A stretch of 64,000 bases of DNA from NCBI GenBank assembly GCA_963727895.1, contig CAVSHT010000006.1, positions 44,767 to 108,766 on the forward strand, in the 5' to 3' direction. The position numbers and the translations under genes were made by a program. This DNA is from an uncultured Methanosarcinaceae archaeon (GTDB lineage: Archaea; Halobacteriota; Methanosarcinia; Methanosarcinales; Methanosarcinaceae). This document shows positions 1 to 9,909 of the stretch, piece after piece; positions within the stretch are counted from its first letter, which is position 1; every line of letters begins with the position of its first letter. The notes under the pieces are model-generated. The model ran no database searches, had not been told where the DNA came from, and saw only the letters and a program-made list of their open reading frames with translations.

Positions 1-33
1 TGGTAGAACGGTCTATGGTAGAACGGTCTATGG
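1..33. repeat. 15-bp tandem repeat TGGTAGAACGGTCTA x2 (may extend beyond window edge)
   Basis: Exact copies at 1-15 and 16-30 followed by TGG. Confidence 0.8.
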
Positions 34-130
34 ATTCTTCTGGAGAGCTCAATATCTAAATTTTGTTATCTTTTGAACTAACTCCTTTTACATAAGAATA
101 TGAACTTTTTATCCTATTTTTCGAAAAGTT

Positions 131-308
131 TATCCGTATTGTTTATTAAGAAGAGGAAGTATAGGATTTTTTGATCAAGCTTTTTTTAAAAATGTTTGCT
201 TCACTTTGAGCCTTTGGTCGAGCTTTCCTATGAAAAGGTTGTGATTAAGCTTTTTTAAAAAAGGTTGTTTTGCTATCCGTGTTATTTATTAAGAAGAGGG
301 AGCATAGG
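131..308. repeat. 35-bp direct repeat (131-165, 274-308) enclosing three AAGCTTTTT-N-AAAAGGTT-type hairpin units
   Basis: TATCCGT(A/G)TT(G/A)TTTATTAAGAAGAGG(A/G)AG(T/C)ATAGG twice with 4 mismatches; imperfect palindromes at ~175-198, 218-241, 245-267. Confidence 0.7.
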
Positions 309-416
309 GTAAATGTTTACCTGTTCCAGATCCTGCACAGGTTTTACTCAAAAGAGAGGAAAATACTGCAGGCTAAAAAGATCGCTTCAAGCTCAAGGGA
401 GAATTTGTCTGTGAAA

Positions 417-1273
417 ATGAGAACGAAAACTGTGTTTATACTCCTTGCTCTGCTGGTGGTCTTAGTATCGGGCTGCATGGAACAAAAAAAGGAAATTGTT
501 GTGGATAAACCTGGTAATATCTCTAATTATGAATTAGAGGTTTTTTCAAATGAATCAGGTAATCAGACGCTTGAAAATACCACCACGTACTATTTGCTGG
601 AAAATGATACAAAAGTACAGGTTGTAAACATGGTAGTAAATACCAGTAAGCTTGAGATTTATCCACCTGATTCTCTGGAAGGCAGTTCCGAGAACAATCC
701 TATTCAAAATTTTGTATTACTTGTGGACCCAGCAAATGAGACTATAGCAAACTCGCAAACTTTTCAAGAGCTTTCCAGTATAAATAATACTTCAGTTGTT
801 AATTATACTCTGACTCAAGAAGCTATTCAGGGCATGAAAGTTGTAAACCTTGAGTTCAAAGAATCTGTGACAGGTTTTATTGCTTATACATTAGATAATC
901 CGGGAACTCAGAGTTTTTCATTTCTTAAACCTGACTCCGAATTTATCCGTGTCGTACTCCCCAAGGGATATGTAACCGGCAACAGGATGTTCGGAATAGC
1001 GAGGCCGGAGCCTTCTAATATAATATTGATGAAAAAGGAAGACAAACTCTTCTTTGGATCTCTTCAAAGATGAAAGATAGTGACCAAGTTATCCAGGTAA
1101 AGTACTATACGCAATCGGCACCGGTGCTATTTTCCGCCGCAATTATAGCTCTTCTCTGTGGAGTCGGTCTTGTGCTTTTGCGTTATGCCAGAAGTAAAAA
1201 GGAACTCGAAGCTGTTAAAGGAATTCTTGATATAGAAAAAGAATATGAAAAGAAACAGCGAAAACGGAAATAA
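417..1273 (+). pseudogene. Frameshifted membrane-anchored lipoprotein (DUF5803-like)
   Basis: ATG 417, lipobox LVSGC. ORF 270..1073 shifts near 1017-1025 into frame IDEKGRQTLLWISSKMKDSDQVIQVKYY, which continues to a C-terminal TM helix and basic tail (1070..1273). Confidence 0.65.
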
Positions 1274-1368
1274 TTTTGCGAGGTTATTTTCCTCCATTTT
1301 TATTTCCCAATATACTTTTTTTACAATTCGTAAATTATTTATGGCAGTCGTGTCATATTTTCTTCTCG

Positions 1369-2052
1369 ATGAAATCTTGGGGGAAAATTTGGTATAAACA
1401 TCTATTTTCTTCAGAACCAGACTCAAAAGCCGTTAATCCTGTTGTTGGTACTATCCTTATGCTAATTATTTTGGTTTTACTGGTAGGTTCAGTTGCTGTC
1501 ACTTCTTTTAATATTGTTGGAGAAGGTACAAACTCTCTTTTGGTGGCACATATTTCACTGGAATCCTGCGAGGGAGGGCTTTTTAATAATGGACCTCTAG
1601 ATGAGAAAGCTTCGCTTAAGAATAACACAATTGTGCTTATTCATAAAGGAGGTAGTCCTCTTCCCCTTGATACTATTTCCATAACGATTTCAGGATATGG
1701 GAACTCTTACCATGGTATTGCTGATGGAAACGGGGCAAAGATTGTAGGAGACACAGAAGTTATTTACCAGAATTTAAGCCCAACAGGAAAAAATCCAAGA
1801 TATGAGTCTAAAAACAAAGAAATCCTTAAAGATAATTTATGGAGCGCTGGAGAGAAGTTAACACTACATGGAGACGACAGTGCTATAGGTTCTATTGTTT
1901 CCAGCGTAAAAGTTAGTGTCAATGGGGACGGTAATACTTCTGACAATTACGGCTTCAAGGCAGGTTCTGAGATCACTGTAAAAGTTATTGACACTAAAAG
2001 CAGAAACGTCATTGCTGAACAGAAAGCTATTGTAAAACATTGTGAGGGATAA
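1369..2052 (+). CDS. Archaeal type IV pilin-like protein (DUF1628-type class III signal peptide)
   Basis: DSKA/VNPVVGTILMLIILVLLVGSV motif; typical C-terminal LIHKGG..L, W..GE and ITVKVID..S motifs; start placed at ATG 1369. Confidence 0.75.
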   Translation: MKSWGKIWYKHLFSSEPDSKAVNPVVGTILMLIILVLLVGSVAVTSFNIVGEGTNSLLVAHISLESCEGGLFNNGPLDEKASLKNNTIVLIHKGGSPLPLDTISITISGYGNSYHGIADGNGAKIVGDTEVIYQNLSPTGKNPRYESKNKEILKDNLWSAGEKLTLHGDDSAIGSIVSSVKVSVNGDGNTSDNYGFKAGSEITVKVIDTKSRNVIAEQKAIVKHCEG

Positions 2053-2650
2053 AATTGAAAGAGATAAAGTCTCTTGTTTAGGGGATATCTTTTTAATTTC
2101 ACTTAATTTCTTTTCTCGAATTATTTTACTCTGTATATCTAATATTAAAGTTAAGTCTTATTTTTTCTGCCTTAATTAAAATTGTAAATTTGATGACATC
2201 ATGGAAAAATATCTTAACGATATAACACATTAAATCAAAAGCTAAAGGCTCAAAATATAATTCTTTCACGTGAAGGAGAATATTCAATGATCTAAAAATT
2301 ATTTTATTTCGGATCATAACTGCTGATAGTAAGCGTTGTAATGGTCACAACTTTAAATTTCTTGGTCAATATATCTCTCGTTTTTACACTCAAAAGTTGT
2401 CTCTTAATATTCTCTATTTTTTCTGTTTTTTTAACTATTGTGGTTTTTAAGGATTTATATCAGGATTAATCCCTTTATTTAAGGGTATATGCGAAATTAT
2501 ATGGTCTATAAAGCTTCTTTTTTAAATTTAAATTGCCTGTGTTCTTAAAACCTGTAAGTATTTTTATATTATTGTCAGTCTATTTCAGACATGTCAACCG
2601 ATGATGGTTGGCAAGGCAATTAAAAGACAAAAATTCGGAGACAATAAGAC

Positions 2651-2762
2651 CATAGGACTTATGCTTTGAACTGAGAAAATAGTAGCAAAATATCAATCAT
2701 TTAAAGCAATTATGGCAGATTCTTCGTGCTTTATTTTGAACCTCATATGCATAAGTCCTATG
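2651..2762 (+). mobile_element. MITE-like element, family A (TAGGACTTAYGC termini)
   Basis: Perfect 14-bp terminal inverted repeat CATAGGACTTATGC / GCATAAGTCCTATG; internal sequence shared with 3429..3548. Confidence 0.7.
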
Positions 2763-2831
2763 CAGATACAGAACTAAAATTGTATCTTTATATTGAGTAC
2801 TAAATTAAAAACAAAAATTAGGACTAGTAAT

Positions 2832-3230
2832 ATGGGAAAACAAACATTTGACGGAATAAAAAAGATTATGTGTATGTTTACACTGGTCTTTTTTGTAGTA
2901 TCATTGACTGTTGCATCAGCAAGTGCAGGGTCAAATAACACGTATAAAATAGAGAAAGCAAAGTTGGATACAGAGAAATCTACATTAGAAAAAGAAAAAA
3001 TAGCAATATTAAATGAAAAGGCTACATTAGAAAAAGAAAAACAAAAGTTAGAACTACAGAAAAATAAATTGAGCACCAAAAATAGTAAAGAGTATCAAAA
3101 TTGGCTCAATAATTATAATAAATTTTTAACAAAATATAATAAATGTTTAAGCAAATATAAGGCATGGGAAACCAAATACAATAACTGTTTGAACAAATAC
3201 ACTCTCCTAAAACAAAAATATAAAATTTAA
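2832..3230 (+). CDS. Secreted, Lys-rich coiled-coil protein of unknown function
   Basis: Signal peptide ending VASASA; EK heptads followed by Tyr heptads. Confidence 0.65.
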   Translation: MGKQTFDGIKKIMCMFTLVFFVVSLTVASASAGSNNTYKIEKAKLDTEKSTLEKEKIAILNEKATLEKEKQKLELQKNKLSTKNSKEYQNWLNNYNKFLTKYNKCLSKYKAWETKYNNCLNKYTLLKQKYKI

Positions 3231-3285
3231 AAGAAATAAATACTGAAATTATAACTATATTATAAAAAAGTGGCTATACACAGAA

Positions 3286-3415
3286 GACAGTGCGCCGATT
3301 TTCTGTAAACTATATATTTCTAGAGCTATGAATAGAACATTCGATATACCAGATCAATTTCATCCATAGCGTACAAAAATCTAACTTGAATTTACAGCAA
3401 ATTTGCGACGCTGCC
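3286..3415. mobile_element. MITE-like element, family B (130 bp)
   Basis: Left GACAGTGCGCCGATTTTCTGTAAA vs reverse complement of right end GGCAGCGTCGCAAATTTGCTGTAAA; non-coding interior. Confidence 0.5.
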
Positions 3416-3428
3416 AAGTGATTTTCTT

Positions 3429-3548
3429 ATCGGTTTACGCGCTTGAGGAACAAATAAAGCACGAATAAATCTGTCACGGATTTCATTAATCCAACATTTT
3501 AATGCTTTATGCTATTGATATTCTCAGTTCAAGTGCGTAAATTCCGAT
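3429..3548 (-). mobile_element. MITE-like element, family A, inverted relative to 2651..2762
   Basis: Ends ATCGGTTTACGC / GCGTAAATTCCGAT; contains reverse complements of TTGAACTGAGAA (3521-3532) and TTCGTGCTTTATTT (3452-3465) found in the 2651 copy. Confidence 0.65.
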
Positions 3549-3736
3549 TAAATCTAATCTCTTCTATTATAAATATATTCACATTTCCCTACTTCTGTTC
3601 TTAATTACGTACATATTATTGAACTTCTATTCCTTGTGTTCCTATGTGTTTTGAATTCGGAGGAATTAAACTCCTTTATATAAAGCTTATTTTCATTATT
3701 TCTTTCTCTGCCTTTTATATCCTCAAAAACGTCGAG

Positions 3737-3976
3737 TTACAGCCCAGTTCTTTCAATCAGTAGGTCTGCCACATGTTTTGCATTCTTAAAAGGGAAATCC
3801 TTTTCAGTAACCAGGCTCTGCACTTCTCTTACATTAACTTCTACATCACCTACTCTGCATGTAGTGCCCAGCCCTTCTGGCAAGGCAGCAATCATTTCTT
3901 CCATAGAGTTTATGGGAAATTTTATATCTTTAAGTATTGCAAGGATCTGCTCGTAGACTTCTTCTTTTACGTTCAT
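3737..3976 (-). CDS. MTH865 family protein
   Basis: 79 aa with FPINS.EE...ALPEG..TTC and DFPFKNA motifs. Confidence 0.8.
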   Translation of the reverse strand: MNVKEEVYEQILAILKDIKFPINSMEEMIAALPEGLGTTCRVGDVEVNVREVQSLVTEKDFPFKNAKHVADLLIERTGL

Positions 3977-4285
3977 TTTTCCCTCTGATACTATTCTTTT
4001 TATTTAGCGTCTTAACTCGGATGAATTAAGTATAAGCTTTAAATATGAACCTCATGCTCCGAATCCGAAAATATCGATCCAATTCACTTCCGCCAAAATA
4101 ACATGTCCTCCATATAGCGAAATTGTGTTTCGTATATTTCTATCGTATACTTTCAAAATTATTCTAATAAAAAAAGTTTTTTATGGATTATTTTGCATTA
4201 TGAACAAAGTTCTGTAAAATAAGTAATACCCCATTAAAATATCTGGGGTAACTCTCAATTCAATGAAAAACGTAAAATAAAGCAA

Positions 4286-4495
4286 TTAATCTATGGCTAT
4301 CATAACATTTGAAGCCTTGACTACAGCGTATACCTCGCTTCCTTCTTTTAATTTCAGATTTTCAGCTGATTCCTTTGTGATGATGGAAGTAACTTCCACT
4401 CCACCTGGCATTTCTATTACAATTTCAGCGTTTACCATACCAGTGACAATTTTTTTAACCTTTCCTTTCATCACATTGCGTGCACTCAGTTTCAT
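4286..4495 (-). CDS. mop: Molybdate-binding TOBE-domain protein (molbindin/Mop)
   Basis: MKLSARN..KGKV, SIITKES...L.L..G..VYAVVKASNV; GGAGG RBS before ATG 4495. Confidence 0.9.
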   Translation of the reverse strand: MKLSARNVMKGKVKKIVTGMVNAEIVIEMPGGVEVTSIITKESAENLKLKEGSEVYAVVKASNVMIAID

Positions 4496-4668
4496 TATTT
4501 GCTCCTCCACTCTATTTTTTTAGTTACTATTAGCCATTATTACACATATCTATACATATATGAGTCTTACGAACTTGAGATCCGTTTTATGGTTCCTATC
4601 TGGAGATTGATATCGGTTCAGCTCAAAACCGTGAAGAATTAAATCGTTTTTAATCAAAATATTTTTTT

Positions 4669-5869
4669 TTAAAAGCTTCCAAAAATTACTGAGGTCAAAG
4701 CTCCTATTAGAACTACCCATCGGATTTCAACTTTGTAAAATAATGCGATAAATGCAGCGATGGTCATCAGAATATGGAATATATCTAATGGCATGATTAA
4801 GGCAAAGCGGAAGGCAACCGAGGCAAGCAGCCCTACAAAAGAACAAAATATTCCATTGACAGCTCTGTTGAACCATGGAGAACTGCTGAATATGTCATAA
4901 TAAGGAACAGTCCCTATTATCATAAGAAATGAAGGCAAGAGAATGCTTACCGTAGCTATCACAGATCCTACCATGCCGTAAAGTATGTACCCTATAAACG
5001 TTGCCGTTATAACGATTGGCTCTGGTGTAATCTGCCCCAATGCAATCCCATTCATGAGTGTAGAGCTATCCATAAAGGATTGTACTTCTACGAACTCATG
5101 AAACATCAAAGGAACAGAGGCAAATCCTCCCCCAAAAGCAAAAAGATCTATCCTGATCATCATCACTGCCATATCAAAGAGGTTTGGCTGTATAATTAAT
5201 CGCAAAATAAGTCCTGCTGCAGCTGTAAATAATATGAAAATAAGTGACCTGATATTTTTTGGTGTCTCTACTAAGGATTCCGTTTTTGGTTGGAAATCTT
5301 GATTTCTGTAGGCTAAGAGTCCTAAAAGAGCAGCTAGTAATATTACCATAATTGGATTTATTTTAAGGATGAACATGCCGGCTGCAAAGGCAGCAATCAT
5401 TAAATCTTTCTTGACCTTTAGATAATTTATACCAAAGGATACAGTGGCATTAGTAATTATGGCAACTATAATCGCCTGGAGTCCGCTGAACAGCAAGACT
5501 ACAATAGGCAGATTATGCGTCTTTACATATAGAGCAGAAAGTGACACCATTATCAAAAATGCTGGTAAGCTAAAACCGACGTAGGTTGCAGCGGCTCCAG
5601 TCACTCCGCGTGTTCTCAAACCTACGTAGGCTGCAATCTGCATGGCAGTTGCTCCAGGTATTGCCTGACATAGAGCTACACCAGCAAGAAATGTTGGATC
5701 ATCGATCCATTTCTTCTGTTCTACAGCCATTCTATGGATATAAACAGTCATAGCAGGTCCTCCAAAAGAGGTCATGCCCAATCCAAAAAAAGATGTGAAT
5801 AGCAAAGCTAGAGACGGATGCTTAAAAGAATTTGCGACGATTTCATTAGGGTGATTCTTGATATTTCAT
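4669..5869 (-). pseudogene. chrA: Chromate efflux transporter (ChrA/CHR family), frameshifted right after the start codon
   Basis: SFGGP, PGA and FGGG motifs in two homologous halves. RBS GGTGAGG + ATG 5869 is out of frame by one extra A (ATGAAATATC); in-frame TTG 5805 could still give a truncated protein. Confidence 0.7.
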
Positions 5870-5957
5870 TCCTCACCGGAAATCATTGTATTTCTAACGA
5901 ATTTTGGAACTATTTAATATTTTTACACGCATTGAAATTTTAACATATTTACAGATG

Positions 5958-7322
5958 TTATTTATTGATCACTATAGACTTTATATTCACAAATTCCTTG
6001 AGCCCATAATGTGAAAGTTCTCTCCCTATTCCGGACTTTTTGACTCCTCCGAAAGGTAATCTCGGGTCAGACCTGACCGTTCCATTTACTGCTACAAATC
6101 CTGATTTTATTCTTTTTGCCAGCTTTTCAGCTCTTTCTAAGTTTCCAGACCACACTTCGGCTCCAAGTCCAAAATCTGTGGAGTTTGCAATTTTTACTGC
6201 TTCATCATCATTCTTTACAGTGATCAACGGTGCAATAGGGCCAAAAACCTCCACACTACAGGCTTTCATATCAAGATTGGCTGTGGGGATTATTGTCGGC
6301 CTAAAGAAAAAACCTTTTTCACATTCTTTTCCACAAATAAGTGGTTCTGATCCTTTCATTTTTGCGTCTTGCAGTATTTTCTCGAGATCTTCAACAAATT
6401 CCTTCTTTGCAACGGGTCCTATATCGGTATCTTCATTCATAGGGTCTCCGATTTTCAGTTTATTTACCTCGAGTTCAAATGCCTTCATAAAATTCTCAAT
6501 AGCATTGTCTAGAACAATAAATCGCTTGGCAGCAATACATCCCTGTCCTGTATTGAGAAAACGGGACTTTGCTGCAGCCTGCGCAGCTTTTTCAATATCG
6601 GCATCATCCAACACTATAAAAGGGTCTGACCCTCCCAGCTCCAGTACAAAAGGCTTGATAGTTTTCCCGGCAAGTTCTCCTATTTCAGAGCCTGCAGTTA
6701 TGCTGCCAGTAAGTGAGACCCCATCAACCATCTCCTCTTCAAGTATTCTCATGGCAGTTTTTGAGTCAATTAACAGGGTTTTAAAAACATGTTCCGGAAA
6801 TCCAGCTTCCAAAAAAACTTTCTCAACCTCAAGTGCTGATCTTGGCACATTTGAGGCATGTTTAAGCACACAGACATTTCCTGCACATATTGTAGGTATT
6901 GCAAACTTGAATACCTGCCAGAAAGGAAAGTTCCAGGGCATAATCCCAAGAACAATTCCTAGAGGCTCAAAAGTTACGTAACTTTTCTCACCCCCAGTGT
7001 CAACAAATTCGTCTTTCAGAAACTCAGCCGCATTTTTGACATAATAATCACATATAAAAGCGCATTTCTGAACTTCAGCTCTCGATTGCTTAATAGGTTT
7101 GCCCATTTCTTTTGTGATAATCTCTGCATAGATATCGGTATTCGTTCGAAGTACTTCTGCAAGCCTTGCAAGATACTTTGTCCTTTCGTCAACAGGCAAA
7201 GAGTTCCATGTGGAAAAAGCAGCCCTTGATTTTTCAATATATGCCTCACATTCCTCAAAAGAAAAAGAATCATATGTCCAGTTTACTTCTTCAGTATATG
7301 GATTAATTGATTTCAATTTCAT
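5958..7322 (-). CDS. NAD(P)-dependent aldehyde dehydrogenase (succinate-semialdehyde dehydrogenase-like)
   Basis: IMPWNFP, LTGS, LELGGSDP, GQGC, EVFGP, PFGGVKKSG motifs. Confidence 0.92.
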   Translation of the reverse strand: MKLKSINPYTEEVNWTYDSFSFEECEAYIEKSRAAFSTWNSLPVDERTKYLARLAEVLRTNTDIYAEIITKEMGKPIKQSRAEVQKCAFICDYYVKNAAEFLKDEFVDTGGEKSYVTFEPLGIVLGIMPWNFPFWQVFKFAIPTICAGNVCVLKHASNVPRSALEVEKVFLEAGFPEHVFKTLLIDSKTAMRILEEEMVDGVSLTGSITAGSEIGELAGKTIKPFVLELGGSDPFIVLDDADIEKAAQAAAKSRFLNTGQGCIAAKRFIVLDNAIENFMKAFELEVNKLKIGDPMNEDTDIGPVAKKEFVEDLEKILQDAKMKGSEPLICGKECEKGFFFRPTIIPTANLDMKACSVEVFGPIAPLITVKNDDEAVKIANSTDFGLGAEVWSGNLERAEKLAKRIKSGFVAVNGTVRSDPRLPFGGVKKSGIGRELSHYGLKEFVNIKSIVINK

Positions 7323-7567
7323 ACTTTCACCTCGAACACATCAAGTTTTGTTTATTGAGTATGAAGTCTGATTGAGTTGAGACTCATGACTTTACTCCCC
7401 TGTAAAGCCATTTAATAATAGTAATTTCTGTATAATAAACTTTGATGAGATTAATTGGATATAAAATAAAGATGCTGGGTTTTATGCCTGTTCATAAAAC
7501 CCAAAAAGAAACATATCTTATTCAATGGTTTTAGCTTCAATAATCTTATTTTGTATTCTCAATTTTC

Positions 7568-7677
7568 CCGAAATTACGCATCAGATTGAAAACTCAATAA
7601 TTTTTCAATTACCTGATGACTAATACTATCAAAACTTTTAATGTAATTGATTTAGAGTCTCAATTGCATAATTCCTA
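7568..7677. mobile_element. Degenerate MITE-like element (family A-like termini)
   Basis: CCGAAATTACGCA ... TGCATAATTCCTA imperfect inverted termini about 110 bp apart. Confidence 0.4.
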
Positions 7678-7695
7678 TACTAAGTTCTATTTTTA

Positions 7696-8502
7696 TCACG
7701 ATTGGACAACAAAGCCATATTTTTTCAATATTTCCTGTCCTTCTTTCCCTGTTACAAAATCGATGAATTTTTGGGCATTTTCTTTATTTTTGGAAGAATA
7801 AATCGCAGCTATCGGATATGTAACAGGTGTACTAACAGATACGTTTGTAACTATTTTGAGAGTTCCAGGAGCTGCAATTTTTGCATCGGTTGTATATACA
7901 AATCCTGCATCCACTTCTCCTCTTCCCACATATGTGAGTACTTGTTTAACATCTCCAACAGGCACCATTTTGTTTTCAAGCTGACTCCATAATCCTGCTT
8001 CGGTAAGTGCGATACGTGCATATTTCCCTACAGGTACTGTTTCAGGGTCTCCAATGCTGATTCTCTTAACTTCGGTATTTGTCAGGTCTTTCACACCAGT
8101 GATATTAAGAGTACTGCTTTCTGGAACAATAAGCACAAGTGAATTGTGAGCAAAATTTTTTCTTGAACTATTTACGATAAGTGATTTATTGGCAAGTGTA
8201 TTCATCTGGCTCTCGTCCGCAGAGGCAAAGACATCAACAGGAGCTCCTCCTTCAATTTGCATACGCAAATTACCTGAGCTTCCAAAATTCAGGCTTATGT
8301 CCGTTCCAGGACTTTCCTTTTCAAACTGGGAAGCAATATCTTTAACAGCATCAGTAAGGCTAGCAGCCGCAGAAACTGTTATAACTTCAGTCGTTGCATT
8401 TGGAGTTACCGCTACATTTGGAGCTTCATTTTTATTACCAGCACATCCTATTGCAAGGAATACGCTTAACAGTATTAACAGAACTATTATTTTTCTTCTT
8501 AT
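7696..8502 (-). CDS. modA: Molybdate ABC transporter substrate-binding lipoprotein ModA (expected start codon reads ATA)
   Basis: SAAASL, FGSSG.L..QIE.GAP.DVFASA, VPVGKYA, DAGFVY.TDA motifs; lipobox LAIGC. No ATG/GTG at the signal-peptide start; nearest alternative is TTG 8562. Confidence 0.8.
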   Translation of the reverse strand: MRRKIIVLLILLSVFLAIGCAGNKNEAPNVAVTPNATTEVITVSAAASLTDAVKDIASQFEKESPGTDISLNFGSSGNLRMQIEGGAPVDVFASADESQMNTLANKSLIVNSSRKNFAHNSLVLIVPESSTLNITGVKDLTNTEVKRISIGDPETVPVGKYARIALTEAGLWSQLENKMVPVGDVKQVLTYVGRGEVDAGFVYTTDAKIAAPGTLKIVTNVSVSTPVTYPIAAIYSSKNKENAQKFIDFVTGKEGQEILKKYGFVVQS

Positions 8503-9058
8503 TATTTCCCCCCATATGATGGCCGAATGACAGAAATACAAGCTTGATTCCCCATGATACAAGCCTGTGACTAATAATGACTTATTTTGGATATAGAAAT
8601 CTTCTGTGGTTGAATGATATCTCTACAGCAATAAACCTTCAACTGTCATTAAACAGGTATTCAAAAGAGCAATAGGTGTCTTCTGAACTCAATTTACAGA
8701 AATTTGTCTATTGAATTTCAGTAAACATGGCTATTGATGTTATTTTCTCTAGGCTGGATAGTTACTATTTTTTTGTTCGTTTTGCTTAAGAAAAAGTATT
8801 CCCTATCGATAATTTTATAAAATATCTGTTTATATAATTATAAATGCAATATATTCCTTATTTATATGTTAAACTTTACATATCTTGAAATGGTAGAGTT
8901 CTGGCTAGTGTTGTTTTCTATATCTGGTCAATTATAAGGGGGTTCTATCCACCATATTAAAATTTTATCCCTTACCATATTAAAAATCAATAAGTCCCTG
9001 TAACAAAAGTTACCTATAAATGCAGTATCCTTCTGCATTATGTTGGTCTTTAATTAAT

Positions 9059-9176
9059 TAGGACTTATATACTGAGGCACACGACTAAACACAATAAAAG
9101 TTGTAGTTCAATATGCATCTTAGACAATCAAATATATGACGGTATTGATCTCACGTTTCAGCCGTGTAAATCCTGA
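9059..9176 (-). mobile_element. Degenerate MITE-like element, family A
   Basis: TAGGACTTATA ... GTGTAAATCCTGA termini; interior resembles 3429..3548 (TGAGG.ACA...AAA.CAC.ATAAA; TATTGAT...TTCAG..GTGTAA). Confidence 0.5.
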
Positions 9177-9240
9177 GTATATAATTCACCTAATAACCGG
9201 ACTGTATTAAATTAATTCAGTATATACTCAGTATATTTAG

Positions 9241-9264
9241 CGTTGTGTTTATTTAAACATAACG
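9241..9264. promoter_or_regulatory. ModE-type operator upstream of fmdE
   Basis: Palindrome CGTTGTGTTT-ATTT-AAACATAACG resembling the ModE consensus CGTTATAT-Nx-ATATAACG, directly before a Mo-enzyme operon. Confidence 0.65.
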
Positions 9265-9288
9265 GTGAAACCCACGGTGGTGTACACA

Positions 9289-9891
9289 TTGCAAAAAAAT
9301 TCAGTTGAAGAAAAACACCAGATGGAAACGATTCTGAAGCAGGTAAAGGATCCCGAGCTGCTTTCACAGATCGAAAAAGTAGTTTCATTTCATGGCTTCC
9401 TAACCTCTGGGGCATTAATAGGTATTCAGATGCTCAATATTGCACGTAGAGAGCTCGATGTCAAGGATGGGGAGCGTATATATGTTACATGTGAAACGAA
9501 AAGCTGTATGCCTGACCCATTCCAGATACTTGCCGGAGCTACCATTGGAAACAGTGGGTTGAAAATACTGGATCTGGGGAAAATGGCGGTCACGGTAAAC
9601 AAACAGGCACCTGAAGGAGCTAAAAACCTAAAAGGGATCCGAATTCTTCTCGACCCTGATAAGACGAAGGATTACCCGAAACTCCATGCCTGGTTCCTGA
9701 ACACTGAAAAACTTCCTCATGTAGAGATTGTACCAATTCTTTTGGATGCAGGAGATAAAGTGTATTCTTGGAAATTTGTGGACCTTGAGGTTCCGGTTCG
9801 ACAGAATAAGAGAATACAGTGCTGTAAAAAATGTGGTGAAATGTTTGTCCAACATGATAATGAGCTGCTGTGCGGCAGTTGTACAGAATAA
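9289..9891 (+). CDS. fmdE: Formylmethanofuran dehydrogenase subunit E
   Basis: FHG.L..G..IG, CETKSC.PD, G.T.GN motifs and C-terminal CxxC...CxxC finger. Start chosen at TTG 9289 after GGTGGTG (alternatives 9265, 9322). Confidence 0.88.
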   Translation: MQKNSVEEKHQMETILKQVKDPELLSQIEKVVSFHGFLTSGALIGIQMLNIARRELDVKDGERIYVTCETKSCMPDPFQILAGATIGNSGLKILDLGKMAVTVNKQAPEGAKNLKGIRILLDPDKTKDYPKLHAWFLNTEKLPHVEIVPILLDAGDKVYSWKFVDLEVPVRQNKRIQCCKKCGEMFVQHDNELLCGSCTE

Positions 9892-9909
9892 CGTTGAGAG
9901 GTAAGCAAA

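Noticed and set aside
2126..2317. Short AT-rich ORFs (2126..2317, 7616..7801, 18783..19016, 26947..27159, 46398..46601, 63618..63818)
   Set aside because: No RBS, motif or compositional support; expected by chance in AT-rich spacers
4530..4565. ModE-like site upstream of mop
   Set aside because: Only weak AT-rich symmetry; lacks the CGTT...AACG arms
6040..6981. 313-aa plus-strand ORF, and the many similar antisense ORFs over fmd, his, leu, alaS and SNF2
   Set aside because: Shadow frames opposite well-supported genes; Ser/Phe/Pro-rich with no motifs
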